From Eledone cirrhosa (Eukaryota): 64,000 bases of DNA. Below, piece after piece: positions 16,401 to 32,410 of the stretch. The position numbers and the translations under genes are program-made. Location: NCBI GenBank assembly GCA_964016885.1, contig OZ024754.1:23436001-23500000 (forward strand), in the 5' to 3' direction. The notes under the pieces were generated by a model that made no database searches, was not told the DNA's origin, and saw only the letters and a list, made by a program, of their open reading frames with translations. Every line of letters begins with the position of its first letter. Position 1 is the first letter of the stretch.

Positions 16401-16492
16401 TTTCTTTGCCACACAGGCCTATTTCTTCCCCCCCCCCCATCAACACACAGAACTACGACCCGTTCTGGGCGAAGGGTGCATTGGCCCCGTAA
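13388..16492 (+). CDS. pol: Pol polyprotein (protease, RT, RNase H, integrase), in the -1 frame relative to gag
   Basis: The frame is open upstream of ORF 13610 and includes FLVDTGA (protease), then YIDD, DAS (RNase H), H..H/CVAC, the DDE integrase and GPY. The expected C-terminal [10 protein letters not shown] lies out of frame after a poly-C run near 16427-16438. Confidence 0.93.
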   Translation, partial: GKRKAEPLGANRHLFVYDLRSNNFFLVDTGASLSIWPVSYLKKSPAEADINLRAVNHTAIRTYGQISLPLRLKNLRRYLKWKFTIADLPYAILGADFLHHFSLLVDIRRQRLVDAETGLSFEGSEPDVATVSPSFFLAEVGNQYQSLLHSFPQLTQGKLRITSPDHAIEHFISTTDPSVFSRPRRLSTEKLKAARLEFDHMLELGIIRRATSPWASPLHMVPRSSGDWRPTGDYRRLNAITVPDRYPIPHLQDFASSLQGCRIFSKLDLIRAYNQIPVNKEDIPKTAIATPFGSFEFLTMPFGLRNAASTFQRFMDDITRGLDFVYTYIDDVLIASSSPRQHSKHRDLVFRRFQRYNVRINASKCVFGSTSLTFLGHLIDADGIRPLPEKVKAVSDLPPPSSLRQLRQFLGLVNFYRRFVPCCSKLLFSLTEIFKGCRRKNMDISLNKTQLDHFKKVKKALANASLLAHPVPNAELSLCVDASDSAVDAVLQQKCDGVQQPLEFFSRKLKPAETRYSTFGRELLAIYLSVKHFAHVLEGRTFTIFIDHKPLTFALRTKADKYSPRETRHLDLISQFTNDIQHIPGSLNTAADALSRLPIASISSSEEIDLHRMAAAQPTLESLDVTSPEFVHCKLKYIPISTADGQILCDVSLDSPRPLVPVEHRRTAFLALHGISHPGVSASVKLITARFFWPGMRRDIAAWCRSCVACQQAKVHRHVKAPLGTFTCPDARFRHIHVDIVGPWPVSRGFSYLLTIVDRFSRWPEAVPITDITAETTARTLVSSWIARFGVPTTITTDRGRQFESNLFRELTQILGATRIRTTSYHPASNGMVERFHRQLKASLRASMDSSRWSEYLPIVLLGIRSTVKVDLGFSSAELVYGTPLALPGQMLAPFDLTSQDPASYVSRLHSYFKDLPPMGTRKQTVKTAVPRDIALWTHVFVRDDAVRPPLQRPYSGPYRVLARTDKHFTLDIRGSRETVSVDRLKRANLDNDTMTLETQMPPSFSLPHRPISSPPPINTQNYDPFWAKGALAP

Positions 16493-17465
16493 GCTATGCA
16501 GTAATATAAACTGAATTATTATTTTTTTTTTGTTTTGTTTTTTTCCTTCCAATTGTTTTTGTTGTACATTGCATTTTGTTACTTTTGGATTCTTGACTGC
16601 CTACGGCAGTGTCAATATATTATATTTTGCGTAACATTACGACTGTTGTCAATTCTGACACAGTCCTTTTTTTTTAGTGCATTTTTTATAACTATGCTAC
16701 ATATGGCATTTTCATTGCCTAGCAAAACATTTTTTTTTTTTGTTTATCGCATCTGGGGCCCCTTTATTGCGAAGAGTGTTATCTTTTCATGCATTTTGCA
16801 TCTTTTACTGTACGTTTTTTTTTTTTCCCTGTGTTAATGCTTGCAGACATGAACCTATTTATTTTTTTTTTTTTTAATTTGTTGATACATTCTTCTACAT
16901 TTTGTAAACTACCTTCGCTTCATTGTTAACGATTTTTCGACAAAAAATCTGCTCCGAGGTGAATGTAGTGGCTGAGATGGTCGCTTGGCAACTAGCAGTT
17001 GCCTCCCCTTAACAACCCTTCAGGGAGCGGAGGCAAAAATACACCCGGACACAGCCACAGGTTCACTCACTCTTTTTGGACCACGGACATGAACAGACGT
17101 GGAAAGATCCGCTCCTCAAAATATTGACGTTGTAGGAAATTTACTAAATTATTACATTAAATAAAATGATTGTTAGACTTGATTGTGCATTTATTTATTC
17201 GACAAAGAGAAACATCCCTTTTCTTTATATCTATTTTCTTATCGCGGTACGTCTGAATAAAAAGAGTTTAAGATTTTAACTTATCAAATATGTTTCAATG
17301 TTATTAAAGTGTATATCGTAAGGAAGAGACATCTTAAGGCTTTAATTATAAAAAAATGTTTATATTTTTCATTCCATTACTGTTTTACTGATTGTGTTTT
17401 GCTCTAATCTACGACAAACCCTTCATAAATTGGTCTCTCTTTAACATGGTTGTTTCTGGAACGTA

Positions 17466-17650
17466 TCATGGCTTAGTGGTTAGAGCATTGGGCTTGCATT
17501 CTAAAGGTTGTGAGTTCGATTCTCGGACTGTGTGGTGTGTTGTTTCCTTGAGCAAGACACTTTATTTCACACTGTTTACTCAGCTGTAGAAATGAGTTGT
17601 GTTGTCACTGGTGCAAGCTGTATCAGGCATAGCCGTTCTCTTGGACAACA
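17466..17650 (+). mobile_element. tRNA-derived SINE
   Basis: A box tggcttagtggttagag, B box gagttcgattc, then the conserved body ccttgagcaagacacttt. Mirror copy at ~55710..55890 (-). Confidence 0.8.
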
Positions 17651-19460
17651 TCATATATAGTGTATAATATATACTGTACACAGTGTATATATAATATATA
17701 TATAGTGTATATGTTGTGATACTGGTGCCAAGCTGTATCAGCCATTGCCTTTCTCTTGGATAACATTATATATAGTGCATAATATATCCTGTACACAGTG
17801 TATATATAATATATGTATGTAAAAAGTAAACAGAAATAACAACACAATCGGTACAGTATATGGAAGCATATATTAGGTTAACGCTTGATATAGCAGGAAG
17901 AGGATCTTAACGTTTCAGATGCTAGTCCTTCATCAGAAGAAAGAATGAGAAATAAGATAGATTGAGGGGACTGGCGGATTGGAATTGGAAAAAATGTCTT
18001 TAGATAAAAATAACAGGTCCATTCATGTTGACATCTCTTGCAAAACTGTTGGTGCTGGCGTTTTGTGTATGATTTATTTTTTAGAAAAGTGGATGATGGA
18101 GCACGTCTACCTGAAATGGAAAAAAAACCGTTTTGTAAAAAGATCTACACTTGTGCACATGCGTAAGTGTGTGTATGTCTGTTATATGTCCGTACGAAAC
18201 CAAGAAGAAATGTGTGTGTATATGTGAGTAAAAGAGTGTGTGCATGTAAGTACGAAGCTATAAGCAAATGTATGTTAATATAGTGGTGTGTATGTGTACA
18301 GAGCCATGAAGGGAAATGTGGAGTGAGCATATATAGTCGGCCTGTATTAGTTTGAAGAGAAGACGTTAATGATGAAGAGAAAGTGATAGGAATCTAGGGG
18401 TGTGATAATGGACGGAGTATTAGAGAAATTGGGGATGTGAGTTGAGTCCAAGAGGGGAATAGGACCCAAGGTGGTGAATCAGACTTTGTTCAGTCCTGGT
18501 GCGCGAGGCCTGTGATCCATGATGTAAAAGGACACCCAGGACTGAAACATGTAGGGAAGAATGACCAGGAGAACAGAAATGACGGATGACAGTGTATATA
18601 TACTGTACATAGTGTATATGTTGTGATGTCACTGGTGCCAAGTTGTATCAGCCATTGCCTTTCCCATCGTCATATATGCTGTACACAGTGTATATGTAGT
18701 ATATATAGTGTATATGTAATGTATATATAATATATAGTGTATATAAATAGTATATATAGAATAGGCGCCACGGAAAACAGCACCCAGCACTCACTGTAAA
18801 TGAGGTTGGTGTTAGGAAGGGCATCCAGCTGTAGAAATCTAGCCAGAATCAGTTCCCGTATGAGCAAGACATGGTCACCCGACCTGGCACTGCCCACAAC
18901 AGGACAACCCGTCTAACCCATGCTAGCATAGAAGAATGGACGTAAAATGATGATGATGATATGAGTTGTGTTGTTACTAGTTCCAAGTTGTATCGTCCAT
19001 TGCCTTTCTCTTGGACAACATCATATATACTGCATCATATATACTGTACATAGAATATATATAATATATAGGGTATATATACTGTGTATAGTGTATATAT
19101 GTAGTGTATATATGTTGTGACGTTACTGGTGCCAAGCTGTATCAGCCATTGCCTTTCCCTTGGACAACATCATATATAGTGTATAATATATACTGTACAT
19201 AGTGTATATATAATATATATATAGTGTATATATACTGTGTATAGTGTATATATATATATATATATAGTATATATGTTGTGATGTTACTGGTGCCAAGCTG
19301 TATCATACATTGCCTTTACCTTGGACAACATCATATATAGTGTATAATATATACTGTACATAGTGTATATATAATATATATATAGTGTATATATACTGTA
19401 CATAGTGTATATATAATATATATATAGTGTATATATACTGTACATAGTGTATAGTTTTTA
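17600..19460. repeat. Interrupted minisatellite built from a SINE segment plus TA-rich spacer
   Basis: Repeated ctggtgccaagctgtatcagccattgcctttctcttggacaacatcatatatagtgtata units. Mirror at ~53820..55760. Confidence 0.8.
17905..17940 (-). ncRNA. Minimal hammerhead ribozyme motif
   Basis: Reverse complement reads tctt CTGATGA aggactagcatct GAAA cg TT aaga. Confidence 0.6.
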
Positions 19461-19630
19461 ACTGGTTGAAATCCTTCACTCTCAGTTGAAGAGGGGTAGT
19501 CATGGTTCTAGCACAGCATTCTTCACTGTATGAGACGTCATCTGGTGTACCACAGGGATCTGTTCTTGGACCCCTTTTATTTGTTGTGTATGTAGTGAAT
19601 AATGTATTCTTTTGTGGATGAATGATAAAA
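19460..19630 (+). mobile_element. CR1/L2-type LINE RT fragment
   Basis: Encodes SGVPQGSVLGPLLFVVYV. Mirror at ~53640..53820. Confidence 0.6.
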
Positions 19631-19774
19631 AGAATAATGCCAGAATTGTGATGTTGATAATGTTTATTTTACAATAACAATATTCACTTGTTGCTACATT
19701 GAATATCGAGTAATAAAGATTGTGACAGGAATTATCACTACATTAATTTGCTGACTAGCTACTTCGAGTTAGCG

Positions 19775-21580
19775 GTGGTACTTTTACCTGACACAAACCC
19801 AAACTGCATTTCATCTAGATCAATTTGATCTCTGATTAGTTGTGCTATAACTCTTTCTGTGATCTTCATGACCTGGTCAACTAACTTAATGCCTCTATAG
19901 TTTCATAGAGCAGTTAACGATGATACTGCTGAGCCAGTCCTTTGGTATGACCCCATTCTTTATTACTTGGTTTACTATCCGGGTGACCATTGTATGTCCC
20001 ATCATTCCAGATGCTTTCAACATCTCAGCAACTATCTCCGAAGGCCCAGCTGCCTTTCCTGTCTTCATATCTTTGATTGCAGCACTGGTCCCTCTATTGG
20101 ATCGATTTGGAGCAGACTATTTTTTCCCATTTATTATCCTCATTTAGTAGTCTCTCGTAGTGACACATCCAAGCATCAGTGAGGGCAAGTACACCATCAT
20201 CATTACAGACACTTCTCCCCGACAATATCACGGTTTTCCTTGACACATTGTCTTGCAATCCGGAACATCTCACGTTATTGGTCTTCACACTGTAGAACAT
20301 GCTTGAACTTTCTTTCCTCTGCTTCCCTTCTTGCAAAGTACACTTATCTCCTAGCTTCCCTCCTGGCCACTTGATAGTGTTCTCTACTTCCCCCATCCCG
20401 CCGTGCTTTCCAAGCCTGCTTTTTGGCCTTGATTGACTCCTCCACCTTACTGTTCCACCACCAAGTTACTCTCCTCCTGCCTATAGGTCTGCTCCAGCCA
20501 CAGATTTCATCTGTCGCCTTTAGTAGGTTAACTTTCATAAATTCCCACAGTTACTCTATTTTGTATAGGTGATCAAGTGATTGTCTCGTTTTTTGAAGTT
20601 AGTGTTACAGATAGTTAGGTTATTAGCGTCACAAAATTCCAGGATCCTGAAGCCTTCCTCATTTCTAGTACCAACCCCATAGCCTCCATGGATTCCATCA
20701 TAGCCATCACTATGTTGTCCAATGTGACCATTTAGGTCGCCAGTAATAATTAAGTAGTCGCTGTCGGTTATTTGGGAGGTATTGTGCATTAGCGACTCAT
20801 AGAACCTGTCTTTTATTACGTCAGGTAGACCAGATTGGGGTGCATAAGTGGATATTATTGTCACAGTAGTTCTATTTGGAACTAGTCTTATTTTAATTAT
20901 TCTGTCATTCATTCTATTTACGGCAATTACCTTATCTACCCATTTTTCAGCTAACATAATTCCCACACCACCCTGTCTGTGGTCATTTCCCACCCAGAAA
21001 AGTTTATAGCATCGTTTCTTACCTACAATAAATCTAGCAGACCCACCTCTCTACCTAGTCTCTTGAACACAACACACATCAACTTCCTTACGTTCAATCA
21101 TCTCTACAACCTCATTTGAATGACCTTTCAATGTGCCTACGTTCATGGTACCAACTCTAAAGTTGGGTGAGTTGAATGGATGGGTTGGAGGGGCAGGGAG
21201 GGGTGTGGGAGATGGAATTATGTTGGTCATCCATGTCTGAAATAAAGAGGGGTCCTTGCATTCTCGTCCTACAGCGAGAGGTGAATTTATCTTTAACTGT
21301 GACATTGTCACTGAGTGTTCAGACTTTCCAAATTCCGCAGTCCACTTAGAAAACCGAAAAAACAACCAGGTCTAAACTTAAAGAGTAATAACTGAGGTGG
21401 TGGGTTTGCTATACAGATTGGTAAGAGAACTTACTATGAACCGCTGAGTTATGATTAGACCAAATAGCAATGGTGGTGTGCAGGTGGGGGAGGGCAGGAA
21501 ATGGGTAACTTTAGGATAAGGTTAGTTTTTAGGAAGGGTCCAACAGAATGAGGCATATTAAAAACATGTGAAATATTAAT
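19775..21580 (-). mobile_element. RTE LINE 5' half (5' UTR, APE endonuclease, start of RT), decayed
   Basis: ORFs 21051..21365 (VGTMNVGTL..VCCVQET), 20556..20993 (TYAPQ, GDLNGH) and 20344..20538; same family as 1..2345. Confidence 0.88.
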
Positions 21581-21735
21581 TGAAATTCCGAGAGAAAAAG
21601 AGAGATTACATTCTAAACAGAAATAAATGACAGATTAAATGACACTGGTCAAATGGACTACAAAAAATGGAAAGACAGACAAAAGTGGTTTGTTTATATT
21701 CTCAAATCGACAATTCGGCCGTGAAGAGAGATTAG

Positions 21736-21807
<72 letters not shown>

Positions 21808-21930
21808 TTCTATAAGTATATATATATTTGTATAAGTATATATATGTATATATATTTATATATATGTATATATATTTTTATATATGTATATATATATACA
21901 CATATACATATGTATGTATTTATATATATG

Positions 21931-21962
<32 letters not shown>

Positions 21963-23030
21963 TATGTATCTATTTATATATATGTGTATATATATATATA
22001 TACACATGTATATATTTGTTTATGTATTTATATATATATGTATATATCATCATCATTGTAAGCACTCGAAATAGAAACTGATACAGGGTAGAGAGCTCTT
22101 AAGTCCAGTAAAATAACCTCACTAGTAACACGAACAATACACCCAGTCCTTGCTGTAAAGTGGTTGATGAGAGGAAAGGCATCCAACCAGAATAGAAAAA
22201 AAACGCCAAAGTTATGGAAAGCTCTGCAAATAAAATTCCAACTAATTGTGTCTACAGTACTAACACAAGTCATGTTGGTTGGGTGCCTAGGGTAGCCATG
22301 TGTGAGAATCCTTTGACTGTTATCAAGCAATTGCACAGCATTTTTCCCTTCCAGGTAGAAAGAACTGTTACTCAAGGAACTGTCAAGTTACACATCTCAG
22401 GTCTCAGACAATTCCCATGTTAGAATGTCATATAACAATGAAGTTCCTGGGTAAAGGCTATAGGGCAGACCTCCCAAGAGTTAGAAGGAAAACATTTGCA
22501 AAGCGTGCTGGAATACCACTGCTCACATTGGAGAGAATTACTCTGGAAAGTTGAAATCTACAGTTTACCAATATAGAAATATAAAATTTACAATTTTAAA
22601 TCTATCTATGATTCTAAAATATTCTCTATTATCTCATACTGTTTCTTTCTTATTTCAGAATATCAGATGCCATTGGGATAAATTTACTTTTTAATCTTGA
22701 ATACATCCTCTCTATTTATCATTTCAAGACTAAAGCTTTTCATACATAACTCATATAACACTGTTTATATAAATCTATGGCAGAATTACTGTGAAATATA
22801 TCTTCAGAACTGTGTTTCTTGGAAAAATATCGTTTCATCACCATCTGAAATATTTACAAGATGATTTTGAATCTTAACTAAACTTGGATCAGAAAGAAGT
22901 TTGCATCATCTTCAGATCTTGACTGAGGTCACACTTGAGGGAAATATAGCAGAAGAAATATTTTTATGAATATAATATAAAAAATAACACAAGAATAACA
23001 TCTGTAAATTTTGGCAAGGGAAGAAGAAAC

Positions 23031-24295
<1,265 letters not shown>

Positions 24296-24299
24296 CAAA

Positions 24300-24980
<681 letters not shown>

Positions 24981-24984
24981 TTAA

Positions 24985-25205
24985 CCATTTAGCATTCACA
25001 TTACTCTATATATACTATTGTATTTTTGTAGTAAACACTTTATCTTATATAATCATCTCAGATAATATCGAATCTATGAGATTTTAATGTTATTTATTTT
25101 GAGAACAATACCTCAACATCAGTATTAATGGCCAGTTACAGCCAGTTTGAACAGAAAGAGGTGAGACATTTCTGGCCGGACACGGCCGGTTTGAATGCTA
25201 AAGGG
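24985..25205. mobile_element. TTAA-flanked MITE (piggyBac-like)
   Basis: TIRs cc(a/c)tttagcattc / gaatgctaaaggg with TTAA on both sides. The paralogous empty site has a single TTAA at 6279-6282. Mirror copy at 47914..48134. Confidence 0.8.
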
Positions 25206-25406
25206 TTAATGAAACAGAAACACATCCAGACAAGTTAAAACCGTATCACTCACCCAAAATGGTGCCAATAATGTTGTTAATATTTTGAATAAAACTTGTT
25301 TATTCTGAAATTATTCTCCTTTAATTTTATTTGTAGAAGTTGTAGCCAAGACTTGTGCTGACAAAACTGGATGGTACAGAATTTACAAACAATATATATA
25401 TATGTA

Positions 25407-25742
25407 TGGAGGCACATGGCTTAGTGGTTAGAGCATTGGCCTTGCAATCGAAAGGTTGTGAGTTCAAATCTCAGACCGGGTGATGTGTTGTTTCCTTGAG
25501 CAAGACACTTTATTTTACATTGCTCCAGTTTACTCAGCTGTAGAAATGAGATGATAGGGACTGGGGTCCATATCATTCCACTGCAAAGTAGTCGTGGAGG
25601 TGCCACGGCAAAAAAACTGTAAATGAGGTTAGTGTTAGGAAGGGCATCCAGCTGTAGAAATCAAGCCAAAATCAGTTCCCGTCCCACCCTTGCAAGCAGG
25701 GAAAAAGCGGACGTAAAATGAAATGATGATGATGACGATGAT
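25407..25742 (+). mobile_element. Complete tRNA-SINE with RTE-type 3' tail; left arm only
   Basis: A/B boxes, body, and tail ccacccttgcaagcaggg..cggacgtaaa (GAT)n. Absent at the mirror site ~47700. Confidence 0.82.
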
Positions 25743-25744
25743 AT

Positions 25745-25789
<45 letters not shown>

Positions 25790-25791
<2 letters not shown>

Positions 25792-26230
25792 TTTCGTTTC
25801 TGAATTTGTTTAGCAAGAATTTTTATCTGAAAATGTGTGTTGAAACCAATATTGTTATACTTTGGGAGGGTCATGTTGCCAATAAGAAACACACGCACCA
25901 GTTGCTTTCACTCCAATTTATTATAAATTTTAAAAAATTTATAAATTTCCGGTTGGTTGGTTGGTTCCACAACCGGACGGTTGTTCATGCATTGTCAAAG
26001 TTCTTTCGTCACACCTTCTGTGACCTCATTAGTGACCAAAAGAACTTTGACAATATATGAACAACCGTCCGGTTGTGGAACCAACTAACCAACTGGAAAT
26101 TTATAAATGTTTTTAAATTTATAATTTAATTTATAATAAATTGGAGTGAAAGCAACTGGTGCGTGTGTTTCTTATTGGCAAAATGACCCTCCCAAAGTAT
26201 AACAATATAAATAAATACATACACAAAAAC
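25790..26230. repeat. Palindromic PLE-like element with HHR at 25994..26036 (-, G5A-mutated core CTAATGA)
   Basis: Inverted arms ~25850-26007 and ~26038-26207. Mirror at 47280..47680. Confidence 0.7.
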
Positions 26231-26696
26231 ACACATACACACACATATCCATATATATATACAAACAAACACATACATAGACATACACAAATACGCATAT
26301 ACATGCGTACACACATACATATATACGCACGTACACACAAACATATGCATACATACGTACGGCCACTCATACAAATACGTACATACATACACTCATAAAT
26401 ATACACATATACACACACACATATACAGTATAAAGATGAAGTACTCTCTACATGCGAAAAATGATTCTATCTTCATTTGTGTATATGTATATCTATATGT
26501 GAGTATGTATAATTACATGTCTATAATTATGTGTATCTGTGTATATTTATATATGTGTTCTTATATAGATGTGTGCACATCTGGATATATTTTCAGTGTC
26601 TGCTCTAGCTCTCAGTACAAATCCCACTGAGGTAAAGCTGCTTCTATATTTTGAGGTCCATAAATGAAATACTGATTCTGGCTGTCATTGTGTCTA

Positions 26697-26882
<186 letters not shown>

Positions 26883-26972
26883 AGTGTATGTTGGTTGTAT
26901 ACCAACACCTCAGTATGCAGGCTGGAGCACTCGACGAAGTGCGCAGGTTGGTTTGGTTACTCCGGAGTAATG

Positions 26973-27270
26973 TAAAATAAAGTTAAACAAAAAGTCAAAT
27001 GTTTAAAATTTAGCTTCGTTTATTACTGCTATATATATTTCAGTGACAGCCATCTTTGGCTGTGACCTCTTCAGGCAGTTTGAATTAGTGTGGTATAGAC
27101 AAGTTCATATGTTGTTGATGTGTATAATTTTGTCAATTTCCTGGTTGGGTTGTTATTTCACTGAGGAACTGGAATCAGTTATATATATAGCAGTAATAAT
27201 ATATAGCAGTAATATATACAGCAGTAATAAACGAACCTAAATTTTAAACATTTGACTTTTTGTTTAACTT

Positions 27271-27280
<10 letters not shown>
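26973..27280 (-). mobile_element. PLE-like short element with ~60-bp inverted ends and HHR at 27026..27078
   Basis: Reverse complement reads ctgc CTGAAGA ggtcacagcca aaga tggctgtcact GAAA tatata TA gcag; flanked by (TA)n tracts. Confidence 0.68.
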
Positions 27281-27336
<56 letters not shown>

Positions 27337-28526
27337 ATACAGGAGTAACACACGTAAAAGGTGTAACACACATATTAGTAAAAGGAAAAGAAAATGCTGA
27401 CAAATTTTTCCCAGTGAAAAATAGTTTAATTAGGAATAAGTAAAAATTAGAAATAAGTATTGGTTAGTATTCAGTTTTAGTTTTACGTTTTACCGGTTGC
27501 GCATTTCTAATGCTTTTCAAAACTAATTTTGAGATAGAGCGCCCGTGATGTTTACTCTAATCTGATCAGTTTGGGAAATTCTACCTGTTTTATGTGAAAA
27601 AAGTGGCTCCAGAGGTATTAAGGTTTGGTTGGTTGTTGAATGTCACGTGAATGGGTACTATAAGTTTCGCCCAATTCGTGTTGCAAAAATTCTTGTAGTC
27701 AAAACAATTTTGATTGGTCGGTAGTGGTCACGTGAATGTTAAAAATTGATTTTGCGCCAAATGTAGGTTTGTGGAAGAGTGTCCTTTTCCGCCTGATTGA
27801 GAAGTCACTGAAAAATAAGTCTTTTAAGACAAATATGTGTGTGTGTAGTAAAGCGGATCATTGTTGTGATAATAGTCAGTAGGGATGTGTGTGTGAATTG
27901 CAGTCATGTTGAAAGGTCAACAGTTCAGGTGTCTATTAAGACACATATGTGTGTGTGTGTGTGTGTGTGTGTAGCAGAGTGGTTCGTGGTAGAGGGATTC
28001 GGACAGTTGGAATGTGTCTGTACGTGTGTTGGGGATATTTTAACATGTTGAAAGATATTTTCCAGCTCTTGTCTTATACGGAGAAGTGTGTGTGTATGTC
28101 TGTTTGTATGTTAGTGTACGTGTGTGTGTATGTGTGTGTGCGTTCCTTTGTCAGTGTTGAACAAATGAGCAACGATGGTTGCTAGACACTGTACGGCTTA
28201 ATTCGGGATGTTTGTTTACAAACACACCGAGCATTATAATAAATGTTCGGTGAATCCATACGTACATATATATATATATATGTGTGCATGTATATATATA
28301 TATACATACTACTGTATACATGTATGTATGTACGTGTACATACTTATATTTAAGTAACAGCCGTACTAAGAGTGAGAAATGAAATTTCGTTTCATTTTTT
28401 CCGTTTATCGTTTTCGGTACCCCGGCCGATTAACTCACCCGATATGAAAATTAGGCTGCTCAGCCGTTAATATGCATAAGGAAAGTATATACTTTCAGAC
28501 GTTCAACCATCTGGCAGGAAGGTATA

Positions 28527-28567
28527 CGTTGCTGACGATAGCTAATAAGCTTGAAACTAGTACAGCG
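28527..28567 (+). ncRNA. Minimal hammerhead ribozyme motif
   Basis: cgttg CTGACGA tagct aata agctt GAAA ctag TA cagcg, inside a partial tandem repeat (28140..28330 / 28566..28720). Confidence 0.72.
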
Positions 28568-28953
28568 TTCCTTTGTCAGTGTTGAACAAATGAGCAACGA
28601 TGGTTGCTAGACACTGTACGGCTTAATTCGGGATGTTTGTTTACAAACACACCGACCATTATAATAAATGTTCGGTGAATCCATACGTACATATATATAT
28701 GAGTGCATGTATGTATATATATATATATATAGTAATATAGTATTTACGTATCGAGAAAGAGAGAAAAAGGAGGGATAGGTGATACATATAGTTATTTGCC
28801 AAGTAGCGTATGCCAAAGGTGCTCGATACTAGTGCCGGCAGTATTAAATATTCGAAGTGTTAATATTTAGTGGGCTAGAGAGTTAGCAGAGCGTAAGCAC
28901 GTGGGAAAGTGAAAAATCGGAGAATAGACCGTTAAAACATGTTTATTTAAAAT

Positions 28954-28996
28954 ATCACCTACGTACGTTTCGCCCAGTTGGGCTTCTCAAGGGCAT
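28954..28996 (-). ncRNA. Hammerhead-like motif, U3-A8 core, weak stem I
   Basis: Reverse complement reads gccc TTGAGAA gccc aact gggc GAAA cgtacg TA gg. Confidence 0.5.
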
Positions 28997-29404
28997 AAAC
29001 AATCACAAGTGTTCCTTACATAGTTCGGAAAGAGTTTTGGGGGCTAAATCCACATCAAGATTCATTGCTCGCAAAAATATCTTGTTTTGATTTTGCAGCA
29101 GGTCAAGGGAGGTAACTCTGGCCGGTGTTAGGGCAGTCTTTCCCGTATAGTTTTTTTTTTTTTTTTTTTTTCCCGTTTATCTGAGGCTGGGTCTGGTATG
29201 CAAGGATTGTTTTCTGGGTGTTATTTTGCTGCGCCTGCCCGCCGGGAGATCCAGTGTACTATTTCACTCTTCATTCTTAACCCATCTAAAGAAGGATATT
29301 TTTAAGCGATGTGTACAACTTATCGCTGTTTCAGCTCTGTACGTCTGTATACATGTATGTTTGTACGTATACATACTTATATATATATATATAATTATAT
29401 ATAT

Positions 29405-30435
29405 TTATTAAAATAACAGATTAAAGTATAAGCAAATAATCGCTGCTTTCACCCTTAACGGGATCTTCTGAAACTAACAAAGTCAATCTGTAAACGCAGA
29501 AGTGGATATTTCAAAAAACGTTGCAACCGGGGGAAGACAGGAAGACGATACTTTGGTTCGTGAAACGTTCCCTGGCAAAGAACGGGAAAAACGAATATAA
29601 TACGTCATTAATAGGAGCGGTGAAAAACAATTACACGCAAAGACAGAACCACGTTTATGGTATAAAAGAAGTCGTAGACTAATGTTCTCTTAGGTGGTTC
29701 ACAGAGACGTTCTCTGGTAATGAACGGAAAAAACGAAGATAATACGTCATATGTGGCGCGTAGAGAACAATTGAACGCAAGGACAAAACTACGTAAATGG
29801 TATAGCTGAAGTCATAGACTTAAATTCTAACACACACACATATTTATATGTGCGTGGTTTTGTATAGCTATGGCGAGTGTTTTCGCGTATGCTTGTGTAT
29901 GTACGTATTTGGATGCGTGTATGTATTTATTTAATATCAATTACCTCTGATTGTATTTTATTTACTTTATTCTTAACTCTGTAGCGGAGAATCATTCGGT
30001 TTCCTAGTTAGAATTTTAGTCTATAACTTCAGCTATACCATTTACGTGGTTTTGTCCTTGCGTGCAATTGTTCTCCACGATCCACATATGACGTATTATC
30101 TTCGTTTTTCCGTTCATTGCCAGAGAACTTCTCTATGAACCACCTAAGAGAACATTAGTTTACGACTTCTTTTATACCATAAACGTGGTTCTGTCTTTGC
30201 GTGTAATTGTTTTTCACCGCTCCTATTAATGACGTATTATATTCGTTTTTTCCCGTTCTTTGCCAGGGAACGTTTCCACGAACCAAAGTATCGTCTTCCT
30301 GTCTTCCTCCGGTTGCAACGTTTTTTGAAATATCCACTTCTGCGTTTACAGATTGACTTTGTTAGTTTCAGAAGATCCCGTTAAGGGTGAAAGCAGCGAT
30401 TCTTTGCTTAAACTTTAATCTGTTATTTTAATAAA
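29405..30435. repeat. ~1-kb palindromic element with an HHR-like fold on each arm (29425..29475 -, 30364..30414 +)
   Basis: ~430-bp inverted arms; agttt CAGAAGA tccc gttaa gggt GAAA gca..tgc TT aaact. Mirror at 45500..46540. Confidence 0.78.
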
Positions 30436-30521
30436 TATTTGCTCTACGGTTCTTATATATTTGATATATATTTATCCTTATCGAGCCCTCTTTGGATTTT
30501 AGTCTTCAAATTTATTATTAT

Positions 30522-30590
<69 letters not shown>

Positions 30591-30668
30591 TATATATATA
30601 TATATATAATTATATATATATATATAATTATATATATAATTATTAGCAACATGACCCTCCCAAAGTAT

Positions 30669-31671
<1,003 letters not shown>

Positions 31672-32410
31672 TATATAACTAATAGACTATCTTACCTTAT
31701 AATAAAACAAAATATAATAATCTAGAATGAGCTAAATTAAATTAAATTAATTTAAACATATTAATTTGTAATTAACTTAAATATTTGATTGCTATAGAAA
31801 GTAATCTATGCATAATAATCCGGATATAATATAAACTTATAATTAACTAAAGCATTATCCAATTCAAGCCGTATTCACTGATAAATATGAAAAAATGTTT
31901 AATTTCTAATTTTGTCTAGCATTTGAATACAATGGTTTTTTATTCCCCCCTCTATTTTAACTTTTCCTTTTCCTCTTCTTCATTTTTCTTTATACCCCTT
32001 CTTTTCTCTTTTTTCTCCCCCACATCTTCCCTTCTGTTTTTATTCCCCTTTTTCTCTCTCTACATCTCTTTTTCTTCTTTTATTTATTTATTTATTTGTT
32101 TATTTCCCTTCTTTATCTTCCCATCTTCCATCTCAACTCCCCTTCTATATTTCTACCTTGCTCTACGTCCTCTTCTTCTCTAAGTGTATCATATTATTTA
32201 TGGTATAAAAACGTTGAGGGTTGGTGAAATAAATTACTGCCACTATTGGAATTGAATAATCAAAACTGTAGCGGTATGTCGCATATCCAATCTCTTATAT
32301 ATTTTATCTCATGAAAACTTACTTAAACACCATTGTACCCTTGAAATATGTATAATAAAATATATATTTTGATTATGAGAATATTTTTCATTTATTAATA
32401 TTTTGAATAA

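Larger units (their letters stand above)
11798..17227 (+). mobile_element. Full-length Ty3/gypsy LTR retrotransposon, CsRn1-like clade
   Basis: 264-bp LTRs at 11798..12061 and 16964..17227 with one mismatch seen; TSD TATC; PBS TGGCGACCCTGACG at 12063 (tRNA-Trp-like); gag with CHCC motif; PR-RT-RH-IN order. Confidence 0.96.

Noticed and set aside
17600-19460. Repeat-spacer appearance resembling a CRISPR array
   Set aside because: The spacers are related low-complexity TA sequence, the context is eukaryotic and there are no cas genes.
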